This document shows, one piece after another, positions 6,673-16,318 of a DNA stretch of 50,923 nucleotides. This DNA comes from a virus (taxonomy: Duplodnaviria; Caudoviricetes). Location: IMG/VR virus record IMGVR_UViG_3300023181_000011, positions 1 through 50,923 of that record, one strand, 5' to 3'. Position 1 is the first letter of the stretch. The number at the start of each line of letters is the position of its first letter. The translations under genes were made by a program, and so were the position numbers. Under the pieces are notes generated by a model. That model did not search any database and was not told where the DNA came from. It saw only the letters and a list, made by a program, of their open reading frames with translations.

Positions 6673-6920
6673 TGACCGACGTTTATAACCCGACCCCAGA
6701 AGAAAAAGAAGAAGCCCGTAAGCTTCGAGACGCTCTTGTTCAGGAGCAACTAATTAGTGAGGCCTTGGAAGACAGCTACAATTCTGCTGTCGACTACGCC
6801 AACGAACTGGCGCGGGAGTTTGAACTCAACGCAACCCCTGAAGAACAAGAAGCACTTGAAGCCCAGAAACGCCTAGAAGTCGAACAACGACGGGCATTAG
6901 CAAACGGAACTGCAGTATGA
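6672..6920 (+). CDS. Hypothetical acidic helical protein (possible fibre chaperone)
   Basis: TAATG coupling; E/A-rich. Confidence 0.7.
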   Translation: MTDVYNPTPEEKEEARKLRDALVQEQLISEALEDSYNSAVDYANELAREFELNATPEEQEALEAQKRLEVEQRRALANGTAV

Positions 6921-7093
6921 CTTTTGACAACGAAGACCAAAAAGCTTTCGTCTTGAACTTTCTGGCTCAAGCCCCTTTGAATATTCCACTGGCCCGTCTC
7001 CACGAAGCGGCCAGCAAGTACCTTCCGATCCTTTCGGAAATCCAAGCAGGAAAGATTGCTGATGCCAGCGCCGATTCTGAAGCCACCGTATAA
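6917..7093 (+). CDS. Hypothetical protein, 58 aa (MTFDNEDQKAFVLNFLAQAP...)
   Basis: ATGA overlap; read manually (below the ORF-track cutoff). Confidence 0.65.
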   Translation: MTFDNEDQKAFVLNFLAQAPLNIPLARLHEAASKYLPILSEIQAGKIADASADSEATV

Positions 7094-7613
7094 GTCGTCC
7101 ATGGGGACTTGGTACACTGTTGCCTTGTTCCATGAACGTAAGAGCCAAACAGCTCCGTCTTCCAAAGAAGCGATGCCCAATCCGGTCTTCAGTCTTTACG
7201 ACGACATCCCCGGCTTGATCAACTGTCAACAGACCTTCATCGACTTACGGGACCCCACAGGCTTTAAGTGGGCCAAGAAGTACCTGAAAGACTGGCGTCA
7301 CTGGCTTGTCCTTACGTCTCTACCGTGGTTCCAGAAGGCCCTCGAAACTTGGCAAACAGCTCTGACTATGGAGCTTAAGTCCGAGGCCATCCAGAAGATC
7401 ATGGAAGTGTCCAGCGGAGACAGCGCTCAGGCCCTGCCAGCGGCCAAGTACATCGCCGAAGAAGGTTGGAAACCCAAGGAGTCTAATAGCCGTGGGCGGC
7501 CCTCTCAGGCCGAAGTAAAGGGTGAGCTGAAACGGGCAATGCAAATTGCTGCAACAACGTCCGAGGACGCCGAAAGGATTGGCCTCAAAGTTATCAACGG
7601 AGGTAAGTCTTAA
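7062..7613 (+). CDS. Probable terminase small subunit
   Basis: Position upstream of TerL; DPT...A..YL..W.HW and RGRPS motifs typical of SIO1/VpV262-like TerS. Confidence 0.7.
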   Translation: MPAPILKPPYKSSMGTWYTVALFHERKSQTAPSSKEAMPNPVFSLYDDIPGLINCQQTFIDLRDPTGFKWAKKYLKDWRHWLVLTSLPWFQKALETWQTALTMELKSEAIQKIMEVSSGDSAQALPAAKYIAEEGWKPKESNSRGRPSQAEVKGELKRAMQIAATTSEDAERIGLKVINGGKS

Positions 7614-7867
7614 TGGCCCTAACTGGACGACAGAAGGCTCAAGCCAAATACAACAGCAAACCTGAGCAGGTCAAGCGCCGGACCCAACGGAACGCCGCAA
7701 GGGCCAAGATGGTCAAGGCTGGCAAAGCACACAAGGGCGACGGTAAAGACGTTGCTCACCTAGACAACAACACAGCCCATAACTCTTCAAAGAATCTGCG
7801 AATGCAGTCGAAGGCCAAGAACCGGTCGTTCGCAAGGAACAGCCGTGGCGGTCACAAAAAGAAGTAA
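7613..7867 (+). CDS. Small HNH-type, packaging-associated protein
   Basis: RN.AR...KGDGKDVxH...N...NLR.....NR pattern between TerS and TerL. Confidence 0.7.
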   Translation: MALTGRQKAQAKYNSKPEQVKRRTQRNAARAKMVKAGKAHKGDGKDVAHLDNNTAHNSSKNLRMQSKAKNRSFARNSRGGHKKK

Positions 7868-9413
7868 CAACGTTAACGACCAGATTCGGGAAGCTGCTGA
7901 AGCGGACCTTGAGACCTTTATCCGTCTCGTGGCCCCCAAGCAGGTTCTCGGGTCTGTTCACTCTGAGCTGTGTAGCTGGTGGACGCGACAAGACGCTAAG
8001 CCGATGCAGCTCACTCTGCTCCCGCGAGACCACGGTAAGTCCCGCCTTGTGGCCTTCAGGGTCGCTTGGCGCATTACCCGTCAGCCTTGGGTCCGAATCC
8101 TTTACATCTCAGCCACAGCTAACCTCGCTGAAAAGCAACTAGGCTTCGTGAAGGAAATCTTGACTTCGTCTATTTACCGTCGGTACTGGCCTGAAATGGT
8201 CAACGAACGGGAAGGCGACAGAGCCAAGTGGACCAACACTGAAATCTCTGTTGACCACCCAAGCCGCAAAGACGAAGCTGTCCGTGACCCCACAGTGTTC
8301 ACTGGCGGCCTGACTACGTCCCTGACCGGTCTCCACTGTGACGTCGCTGTCCTAGACGACATCGTTGTTCCAGAGAACGCTTACACCGATCAAGGCCGTT
8401 CTTCGGTCCGGTCTCAGTACTCCATGCTTTCGTCCATCGAAGGCGCAGACGCTGAAGAGTGGGCTGTCGGTACTCGCTACCACCCCAGAGACTTGTACTC
8501 TGAAATGCTCGACATGCAGGAAACCCTGTACGACGAGAACGGTGAAGAGATTGGTCAAGAACCGATTTACGAAGTGTTCGAGCGGACTGTGGAAGACCAA
8601 GGGGACGGCACAGGTCAGTTCCTGTGGCCACGTCAACAAAGGTCTGACGGCATGTGGTTTGGCTTTGACGCTAAAATCTTGGCTAAGAAGCGTGGTAAGT
8701 ATCTGGACAGGACACAGTTCCGTGCTCAGTACTACAACGACCCTAACGACCCGGGGGAAATGAACATTGGTCGAGACAAATTCCAGTACTACGACAAAAA
8801 GCAACTGACGCAGTCTGGCGGCAACTGGTACATGGGAGCGAAGAAACTAAATGTTTATGCGTCGGTCGACTTCGCTTACTCGCTCAAGAAGCGGGCGGAC
8901 TACACTGCTATTGTTGTGGTTGGCATCGATAGGGATAACAGCCTTTACGTGCTTGACATTGACAGGTTCAAGACGGACAGAATCTCAGAGTACTTCGACC
9001 ACATCCTCGAAATGCACAAACGTTGGTCCTTCAGAAAACTCGCAGCCGAAGTCACCGCCGCTCAAAAGACCATCGTTAACGATCTAAAGGAAAACTACTT
9101 CAGGCCTATGGGTCTGTTCCTGTCGGTCGAAGAGATCAAACCTACCCGTCACGACGGTTCTAAAGAAGAGCGTATGGCTGCTATTCTTGAACCCCGTTAC
9201 GACAACCAGATGATCTGGCACTACAAGGGTGGACATTGTCAGACCCTTGAAGACGAGTTGGTCTTGACTCACCCGCCTCACGACGACTGCATGGACGCCC
9301 TCACTACGGCTATCTCCATCGCTGTCGCTCCCACCGGAATGCTTGGCCGTGACCGCTCTAAGGAAACTGGTAAGATTCTTTATCACCCCCGCTTCGGCGG
9401 CGTTGCTGCTTAA
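7845..9413 (+). CDS. terL: Terminase large subunit
   Basis: Walker A LPRDHGKS, Walker B VAVLDD, GTRYH coupling motif, nuclease VDFA...DYTA and HDD..DA. Confidence 0.95.
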   Translation: MAVTKRSNNVNDQIREAAEADLETFIRLVAPKQVLGSVHSELCSWWTRQDAKPMQLTLLPRDHGKSRLVAFRVAWRITRQPWVRILYISATANLAEKQLGFVKEILTSSIYRRYWPEMVNEREGDRAKWTNTEISVDHPSRKDEAVRDPTVFTGGLTTSLTGLHCDVAVLDDIVVPENAYTDQGRSSVRSQYSMLSSIEGADAEEWAVGTRYHPRDLYSEMLDMQETLYDENGEEIGQEPIYEVFERTVEDQGDGTGQFLWPRQQRSDGMWFGFDAKILAKKRGKYLDRTQFRAQYYNDPNDPGEMNIGRDKFQYYDKKQLTQSGGNWYMGAKKLNVYASVDFAYSLKKRADYTAIVVVGIDRDNSLYVLDIDRFKTDRISEYFDHILEMHKRWSFRKLAAEVTAAQKTIVNDLKENYFRPMGLFLSVEEIKPTRHDGSKEERMAAILEPRYDNQMIWHYKGGHCQTLEDELVLTHPPHDDCMDALTTAISIAVAPTGMLGRDRSKETGKILYHPRFGGVAA

Positions 9414-9421
9414 GGGAATTC

Positions 9422-11218
9422 ATGTCTAACAAAGCAATCGAAATTAAAGACATCATGAAGCCCGATGGGTTAGCGACACAGATCGCTGATCAGTTCGTCG
9501 AGTGGGAGATGTACCGCAATACGTGGATCAACCAGTGCAAGGAAGTGCGTGAGTACATCTTTGCTACTGACACCCACAACACTACGAACAGCCTGTTGGC
9601 GTGGAAGAACTCTGTCCACATCCCCAAGCTGTGCCAACTACGGGACAACCTTCAAGCCAACTACATGGCTGCAATGTTTCCCAACGACCGCCCCATCAAT
9701 TGGGAAGGTGACGACGAAGATGCTGATGCTCTTGAAAAGCGTCGGGTCATCGAAGCGTACATGGAAAACAAGATGCGGTTGTCTAAGTTCCGCACGATCA
9801 TTGGGCAGTGTGTAAATGACTTCATCGACTACGGCAATGCTTTTGGCATGGTTGAATTCGTTGCTGAGAAAACAACGGACCCAGACACTGGCGAAGAAAT
9901 TACTGGCTATGTCGGGCCACGAGCGGTTAGGATTAGTCCTCTGGATATTGTCTTCAATCCAACCGTTGCAAGGTTCGAAGACAGCCCCAAGATCATCCGG
10001 TCGGTCAAAACGATAGCCAGTCTTGCGTCCGACATGCAGACGATGCCCGAGCTTGGGTACATGCAAGAAGTGTTCGACAAGGTAAAAGACGGACGGAAGA
10101 AGTTCCAAGGGTCGACCCCCGGGGACTATATCAAGTCTAGCCAGTATCAAGTCGACGGCTTCAGTTCGTGGGAAAATTACATGAACTCCAACTACGTCGA
10201 AATCCTCGACTTCTACGGAGACATCTACGATCCCGAAACTCAAGAGACTTGGAAGAACTACTGTGTCACAGTTATCGACCGTTCGTACATTGTACGCAAA
10301 CAACCCAACCCATCATGGCTGGGACAAGCCCCTATCTTCCATGTGGGGTGGAGACTACGTCCAGACAACCTGTACGCGATGGGTCCCCTCGATAACCTCG
10401 TGGGTATGCAGTATCGAATCGACCACCTTGAGAACGCCAAGTCCGACGCCTACGACCTGATCGTCCACCCCGTCATGAAAGTGGTTGGGATGGTTGAAGA
10501 CTTTGAATACGGTCCCGGCGAACGAATCTTTGTTGGTGACGACGGCGACGTGGTCTTTATGTCTCCTGATACCACCATGCTTCAGGCGGACACACAGATC
10601 GCTATTTACGAAGCTAAGATGGAGGAAATGGCTGGTGCACCGAAACAAGCAATGGGTTTCCGCACTCCGGGCGAAAAGACCGCATACGAAGTGCAAATCT
10701 TGGAGAACGGGGCAAACCGTATATTCCTCAACAAGACGTCGTATTTTGAAGAGATGTTTATTGAGCCCATTCTCAATGGTATGCTTGAGCTTGCTCGTCG
10801 CAACATGGGCATTACTGATCTGGTGCGTGTTGTCGACGACCAATTTGGCGCTGTCAATTTTATGAAGGTAACGAAGGAAGACATCACCGCTCGGGGCAAG
10901 ATTCGCCCAATCGGTGCCCGTCACTTCGCCCGCAATGCCAACATCATCCAGAACCTGACTCAGATGGCCTCGTCTCCCCTCGGACAAGACCCGTCCGTTA
11001 TCAACCACATTTCCGGTCTTAAGCTGGCTAAGGTGTTTGAAGAGCTGCTGGGTCTGGAACGCTTTGACTTGGTCCAAGAAAACGTCCGCGTTATGGAACA
11101 AGCCAAGACCGCACAGATTACTAACTCTGCACAGCAAGTACTGGCAGAGCAAATGCAACCCACTGGCCCTGTGCCACAAGGAATGACCCCACCTGATGGA
11201 CAACAACCAGCGGCTTAA
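9422..11218 (+). CDS. Portal (head-tail connector) protein
   Basis: 598 aa directly after TerL; podoviral portal features (DYGNAF, RISPLDIVF). Confidence 0.9.
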   Translation: MSNKAIEIKDIMKPDGLATQIADQFVEWEMYRNTWINQCKEVREYIFATDTHNTTNSLLAWKNSVHIPKLCQLRDNLQANYMAAMFPNDRPINWEGDDEDADALEKRRVIEAYMENKMRLSKFRTIIGQCVNDFIDYGNAFGMVEFVAEKTTDPDTGEEITGYVGPRAVRISPLDIVFNPTVARFEDSPKIIRSVKTIASLASDMQTMPELGYMQEVFDKVKDGRKKFQGSTPGDYIKSSQYQVDGFSSWENYMNSNYVEILDFYGDIYDPETQETWKNYCVTVIDRSYIVRKQPNPSWLGQAPIFHVGWRLRPDNLYAMGPLDNLVGMQYRIDHLENAKSDAYDLIVHPVMKVVGMVEDFEYGPGERIFVGDDGDVVFMSPDTTMLQADTQIAIYEAKMEEMAGAPKQAMGFRTPGEKTAYEVQILENGANRIFLNKTSYFEEMFIEPILNGMLELARRNMGITDLVRVVDDQFGAVNFMKVTKEDITARGKIRPIGARHFARNANIIQNLTQMASSPLGQDPSVINHISGLKLAKVFEELLGLERFDLVQENVRVMEQAKTAQITNSAQQVLAEQMQPTGPVPQGMTPPDGQQPAA

Positions 11219-11462
11219 AACTGTATGGTTTCAAGACTTACCTAAGTCTGAGCAACAACAATTCAAAGAAATAGTGCTCGGATCAAAGAAAGTACTTGAC
11301 AAACTAAGTAAAATAGTGTATAATATGTGTGTAAGTGGGGAGAAGGTGAGTATTGACCAATACGACTCACCCTCTTGGAGTCATAAACAAGCCCATCAAA
11401 ACGGCTACAATGAAGCACTCCGAGACGTCCTTGACATTTTAAAGACCAACGGAGATCATTGA
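11196..11462 (+). CDS. Small conserved protein between portal and scaffold
   Basis: DxPSW..KQA..NG..AL pattern; contains an internal promoter. Confidence 0.8.
   Translation: MDNNQRLKTVWFQDLPKSEQQQFKEIVLGSKKVLDKLSKIVYNMCVSGEKVSIDQYDSPSWSHKQAHQNGYNEALRDVLDILKTNGDH
11296..11324 (+). promoter_or_regulatory. Consensus sigma70 promoter inside a CDS, driving scaffold and capsid
   Basis: TTGACA-17 nt-TATAAT. Confidence 0.9.
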
Positions 11463-11465
11463 CCA

Positions 11466-12167
11466 ATGACCGATATTTTTGCTGAGCCCAAAGACCAAGG
11501 GGTTGGCAACCCACTAGAAGTCCTCGTAGGAGAGGGTAAGAAGTACGCCACTGTAGAGGACCTTGCAAAGTCCCGCATTGCAGCTGACGAACACATTGCC
11601 CGCCTAGAAGCCGAGGCCGCTGAGTTCCGCCAAGGGATTCAACGACAGATTTTAGACCGCGAACAACAATCTCAACAGATCACGCCACCCGTAGGGAACC
11701 AAGACCAAGGTAACCAGTCGCAACGTGCACCTCAAGAAGATTTGGCTGAACGCATCCGCGAAGTAACGCGTCAAGACCGTGAGGCTGAAAAGGCCCGGAC
11801 TAACGTAGAAGCTGTAACGGACCGCCTGACCTCGACCTTCGGTACGCCTGAAGCTGCTAATCAAGCAGTAGCGTCCAAAGCCCGAGAGCTTGGTGTCTCC
11901 CTTAAGTTCCTGCTCGATTCCGCCGCCGCCAGTCCCGCCGCTTTCTATAAGCAAATGGACCTTGACGTCCAACCTCGTAATGCGCCCGCACCTCACGGTA
12001 ACGTGAACACTGGCGCGCTTCACTCCCAATCCGCTGGGTCGGCAAAGGCTGGCACGTACGCATACTACGAAGAACTGCGTAAGTCCAACCCTAAGATTTA
12101 TAATCTGCCAAAGACTCAGCTTGACATGCACAAACAGGCTATGGAGAATCCAAACTTCTTCGGATAG
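11466..12167 (+). CDS. Capsid scaffolding protein
   Basis: LVGEGKKY...LAKS...AD.HI..LE motif, coiled coil, directly before the MCP. Confidence 0.85.
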   Translation: MTDIFAEPKDQGVGNPLEVLVGEGKKYATVEDLAKSRIAADEHIARLEAEAAEFRQGIQRQILDREQQSQQITPPVGNQDQGNQSQRAPQEDLAERIREVTRQDREAEKARTNVEAVTDRLTSTFGTPEAANQAVASKARELGVSLKFLLDSAAASPAAFYKQMDLDVQPRNAPAPHGNVNTGALHSQSAGSAKAGTYAYYEELRKSNPKIYNLPKTQLDMHKQAMENPNFFG

Positions 12168-12190
12168 CCTATTAGACAAGGAATAATACT

Positions 12191-13192
12191 TTGGCTGGTA
12201 TGACTACCTCGAATACCCAAGCACTGATTCGTTCAGAGCTTTGGTCTAACCAACTTAAGGACGTTCTCGACGACGAACTGATGATGGACGGTTTCGTCCG
12301 TTGGCTGGATAACTTCCCCGACGGCGATCAGCTGACCATCCCCAGCATCGGCGAACTGGACGCCTACGACTACGTAGAAGACCAAGCGGTCAGCTACAGC
12401 CCGCTCGATACCGGTGAGTTCAACTTCACCATCAACCGCTACAAGCAAGCTGGTACGTACATCACGAACAAGGCCAAGCAGGACGGCTTCTATATGTCCG
12501 AACTGGTCTCGACGTTTGTGCCCAAGCAAGCTCGTGCCATTAAGCGCCACCTTGAAATCGACATCATGAACGCTGGTCAGCCTGTCACGGGTAACCCAGC
12601 TGGTTCGCAAGTCGCTGGTTCTCCGAACCTGATCAACGGCGCGGCTCACCGTAAGGTTGGTGCGTCTACTCTGAACACCAAGCGTGTTCTGGGTGTTGAA
12701 GACTTCGCCTACGCGCGTTACGCCCTGAAGAAGGCTAACGTTCCTGACCGTAACCTGATTGCTCTGGTCGATCCGTCGACTGAGTTTGTGATGAACACGC
12801 TGGCCAACCTGACCAACGTTTCTAACAACCCGCGCTGGGAAGGCGTTCTGGCTAACGGCATCGGCAGCGAAAATCACTTCGTTGCTAACATCTATGGCTT
12901 TGACGTCTACACTTCGAATTATCTGCCGAAGTCGGGTCAAGACCAAAACGGTGCTTCCGAAACGATCAACGCGGTCGCTTCTGGTACTGGTGCGGTTGCG
13001 AACCTGTTCTTCAGTGCTGTGCCTGACCTGCGTCCGTGGGTTGGTGCTTGGCGCCAGATGCCGAAGGTTGACGGTGAGTACAACAAGGACTTCCAGCGTG
13101 AAGAATACGTCACGACTGCTCGTTACGGCGTGAAGCTGTATCGTCCGGAAAACCTCGTTTCGATCCTCACCGATCCGACGGCTGTGGGCTAA
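12191..13192 (+). CDS. Major capsid protein (TTG start)
   Basis: 333 aa, strongest codon bias in the genome, T7-like MCP features (IRSELWS, YGVKLYRPE); AAGGA 8 nt before the TTG. Confidence 0.93.
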   Translation: MAGMTTSNTQALIRSELWSNQLKDVLDDELMMDGFVRWLDNFPDGDQLTIPSIGELDAYDYVEDQAVSYSPLDTGEFNFTINRYKQAGTYITNKAKQDGFYMSELVSTFVPKQARAIKRHLEIDIMNAGQPVTGNPAGSQVAGSPNLINGAAHRKVGASTLNTKRVLGVEDFAYARYALKKANVPDRNLIALVDPSTEFVMNTLANLTNVSNNPRWEGVLANGIGSENHFVANIYGFDVYTSNYLPKSGQDQNGASETINAVASGTGAVANLFFSAVPDLRPWVGAWRQMPKVDGEYNKDFQREEYVTTARYGVKLYRPENLVSILTDPTAVG

Positions 13193-13206
13193 GGGAGAAT
13201 ATAGAT

Positions 13207-13761
13207 ATGGCTTGGACTAACGCTGACGGCCTGCAAGTTCGCTTCGGCTCCGATTGGAGCTCTAATGGACTTCGCCGGAACCGTCCCGGAACCCTTTCGA
13301 CTATGGGTGCTGAAAAGCAAATCGAAGTCGACGTCGTCTTTAAGACGCTAGCATCCGGTGTTACCGGCTACTCGGCGGACCTTAACAACGACGGCACGAA
13401 CGATGGTTTCTATAACGGCGACGTTAAGATTCCGGCTAACTCGAAGATCACTGCTGTCCAGTACGTTGCGGGTGAAACCGCAGTGGGTGGTACCGCCTTC
13501 ACTGTTGGTCTGTACCAACTGAACGGCACCGCCATTAACGCTACCGGCCTGATCACTGCCACGGAAGGTGTTGTTGCCAACATGACCGTCGGTAAGATTA
13601 TCACCGGCGCTGGTACTCTGGCTTCGACGACTTCGGGTTCGACTTCGGTCGGTGCTACGGATGCTTACATCGGCATCACGCCTACCGGTACCTTTACCGC
13701 TGGTCGTGGTCGTCTGATCATCCGCTACATCGATCCGACTCCGCTGCCTAACATCACGTAA
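13207..13761 (+). CDS. Virion structural or capsid decoration protein
   Basis: MAWTNADGL start, G/T-rich beta protein, co-transcribed with the MCP. Confidence 0.75.
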   Translation: MAWTNADGLQVRFGSDWSSNGLRRNRPGTLSTMGAEKQIEVDVVFKTLASGVTGYSADLNNDGTNDGFYNGDVKIPANSKITAVQYVAGETAVGGTAFTVGLYQLNGTAINATGLITATEGVVANMTVGKIITGAGTLASTTSGSTSVGATDAYIGITPTGTFTAGRGRLIIRYIDPTPLPNIT

Positions 13762-13773
13762 GACTAGGGATTG

Positions 13774-13813
13774 AGGGGATAGGTTATTAATTTGGCCTGT
13801 CCCCTTTTTCTTT
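13774..13813 (+). terminator. Intrinsic terminator after the capsid genes
   Basis: GGGGATAGGTTA...TGGCCTGTCCCC followed by TTTTTCTTT. Confidence 0.85.
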
Positions 13814-14041
13814 GTGGAAATGACAGCACTCTGGCTCATCGGGATTCTGCTGGCGGTCTTAGGATTCGTCACGACTTTCGCTCTTACTAATCTTTATCAA
13901 CGCTTGAATAAGATTGAATATACGGCTGCCAACCTTCACGAAACTTACGCGAAGAAGGACGACGTTAACCGAGACTTCAAGACTATTCAAGACAGTCTTA
14001 CACGAATTGAAGATAAACTAGACAGGAAGCAAGACCGCTAA
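13814..14041 (+). CDS. Single-TM coiled-coil protein (holin-like or membrane protein)
   Basis: N-terminal hydrophobic helix, C-terminal L.RIEDKLD. Confidence 0.7.
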   Translation: MEMTALWLIGILLAVLGFVTTFALTNLYQRLNKIEYTAANLHETYAKKDDVNRDFKTIQDSLTRIEDKLDRKQDR

Positions 14042-14940
14042 TGGCTAAACTAGAACTTGACCCAGTCGGGTCTCTTGAGAACCAAACGTCTGCGATCCAA
14101 GTTCTTAACGAGAATTTCGGGCGTATTGAAGACGCCTTAGAAAACACTCTAAGCCGTAACGGAGCTGGCCCTAATCAGCTCAGCGCTAATCTTGACTTCA
14201 ACGGCAATCGAGGCACTAACCTCGGAACCCCCATTGCAGGAACAGACGCTGCTCGTCTGATTGACCTGCAAGATGTTGTCGGGGTTAGTGTCCTTGTTGT
14301 CCCCAGCCTTGCTGGTAACTCTAACAAAGTCTTAAGCACTGATAATTCGGTCTTAGTGTTTAAGGACCCAGCTACGTTTGCTGGTGTCGGTGACATGAAG
14401 CTGGTGAACGCTCTGGCGGGTATCAACCAGACAACTGCTCGGACCAATCTGGGTCTAGGCACTATGGCTGTGGAAGCTGCATCTGACTACGGTAAGATGA
14501 ATGTCAACATCACACGGACAGGCGGCCTCACACAGACGGGCCAACTGGTCCTCAACGGTGTTGCTGACCACGTCCTCATCAGTTCGCCAGACAACCTGTC
14601 AGACGGCAGCCTTGGTTATCGCGGTATCCCACAAGAGACGAAAGACGTAGCCTATACGTTCGTCCTTGGTGACTCCGGTAAATCCAAGCTGCATACGTCT
14701 GCAACTGCTCATATTTATACCGTCCCCAATAACGCGACGGTTCTTTACCCTATCGGTACAATCCTAATCGTTGACAACACCGGTACAGGGGCTGTAACGA
14801 TTAACCGAGGTGTTGGCGTTGTACTGCGGATTGCAGGCCTAGCAACTGACCAGAACATCGCTGTTGCCCAATGGGGCTCAGTGTATCTCCGCAAGATCGG
14901 CACCAACACTTGGGTCGCATCCGGAGTTAATATCTCGTAA
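14041..14940 (+). CDS. Tail fibre protein
   Basis: N-terminal anchor, ARTNLGLG motif, C-terminal 'YT.vl.D.GK...W.asG' fibre tip domain. Confidence 0.85.
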   Translation: MAKLELDPVGSLENQTSAIQVLNENFGRIEDALENTLSRNGAGPNQLSANLDFNGNRGTNLGTPIAGTDAARLIDLQDVVGVSVLVVPSLAGNSNKVLSTDNSVLVFKDPATFAGVGDMKLVNALAGINQTTARTNLGLGTMAVEAASDYGKMNVNITRTGGLTQTGQLVLNGVADHVLISSPDNLSDGSLGYRGIPQETKDVAYTFVLGDSGKSKLHTSATAHIYTVPNNATVLYPIGTILIVDNTGTGAVTINRGVGVVLRIAGLATDQNIAVAQWGSVYLRKIGTNTWVASGVNIS

Positions 14941-15296
14941 TGTCTGGGGCCTTAGCTGCAATCATGGGGGGCCGTCCGACTATGCGGGTTACGGTCAACA
15001 GAGACAACGTGTCGGGTTACAGCAACACAGTCCCCGCCACAGCTCAGACGACTGAAACGGTAACTGTTACGCCTGTCGGTGGTAAACCCCCTTACACGTA
15101 CGTCTGGACCCTCGTTAGTGGTACAACCCTAAGGGTCATCCAATCGACCCCAGATCAAGCCAAATTCAGCTATCGGTTCTTTGCTTACGGCAGTGTTACT
15201 GCTGTTTACAAATGCACCGTGACTGACGCTGCTGGTGTGGTTCGAGACTCTCCTAACGTCACCATTTACCTCGAAGCGTTCAACCCCGGAGTCTAA
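14940..15296 (+). CDS. Ig-like, tail-fibre-associated protein
   Basis: GG.PPYTY.W...Y.CTVTD motif. Confidence 0.75.
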   Translation: MSGALAAIMGGRPTMRVTVNRDNVSGYSNTVPATAQTTETVTVTPVGGKPPYTYVWTLVSGTTLRVIQSTPDQAKFSYRFFAYGSVTAVYKCTVTDAAGVVRDSPNVTIYLEAFNPGV

Positions 15297-16053
15297 TGTG
15301 TCTGCTAGAATGTCCTTACTTGAAATGACGCAGAACATCCTTTCCGCCATGGACTCCGACGAGGTGAACTCGATTGGGGACACGGTAGAAAGTCTGCAAG
15401 TTGCTGAAGAGATTCGCAACACCTATTACGAACTGGCTACGGCCCTCAAGATTCCAAGCAACCAAAAGCTTCTGACCCTTGAGCCCCTGTCCGACCCAGA
15501 CCGTCCCAACTACCTTAAGATTCCCGACGGTGTCCAAAGCATCGAGTGGATCAAGTACAAGGACGAAGACGGCCAGTACCGAGACGTCCGATACGTTGAG
15601 CCTGAAGACTTTATCAGGCGCACTCAGTGGTTCCACAACCACCAGCCTTTCGTCTCCGTCACAGACCCCGAGTACGGGTCGATCAGCTTTAACATTCTCA
15701 CCAATGCAAGCCCAAGCTTTTGGACAACGTTCAACAACAGTTTGATTGTGTTCGACAGCTACAACTCAGAACTTGACTCAAGCCTCCAAGAGTCCAAGGT
15801 TCTCTGTTCAGGGTTTGAAGTCTTTGACTTTGACTTGGCTGACGACTTTGTCCCCGAGCTTGACACCTTCCGTTTCCCTCTTCTGCTTGCGACCGCTAAG
15901 GCCGCTTGCTTCGTTAACTTTAAGCAGATCAGTAATGCCAACGAAGAAAGACGCAGCCGACGCCAGATGGTTAGAGCACAAAACGATCTATGGCGAGCAG
16001 ATCAAAGGCGTCCATACAACCGTACACCTAACTATGGCAGACAACGTCGCTGA
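15296..16053 (+). CDS. Tail tubular protein A (T7 gp11-like adaptor)
   Basis: LLE.tQ.IL.amDSDEVNSI.DT.ES.QVA motif; start GTG 15296 or ATG 15310. Confidence 0.85.
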
Positions 16054-16318
16054 GCGTCTAAAGTTTGTCCACCCTAAGGCAATGACCAAGATTGCACCGG
16101 ACACCGAGTACCTGTCAGCAAACTTACAGTCTTACAAGATTGTGACGGACGGGTATTCGGGTCTGTGTTACATTAAAGGTTATCGCCTGCCCAAGAAGTC
16201 GCTTCACCGAAGCATTCAAGGGTCCTTCTCGTCTCGACAACGTGCACACGAAGCCCTTGTGGCTTACCTAAGAACTAAAGACAAACCAGGAAGGAAATCA
16301 GTTTGGCCCGGGCGGTAG
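16034..16318 (+). CDS. Small basic hypothetical protein
   Basis: ATG at 16034 overlapping both neighbours; G.FSS...A..A...Y pattern. Confidence 0.65.
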   Translation: MADNVAERLKFVHPKAMTKIAPDTEYLSANLQSYKIVTDGYSGLCYIKGYRLPKKSLHRSIQGSFSSRQRAHEALVAYLRTKDKPGRKSVWPGR

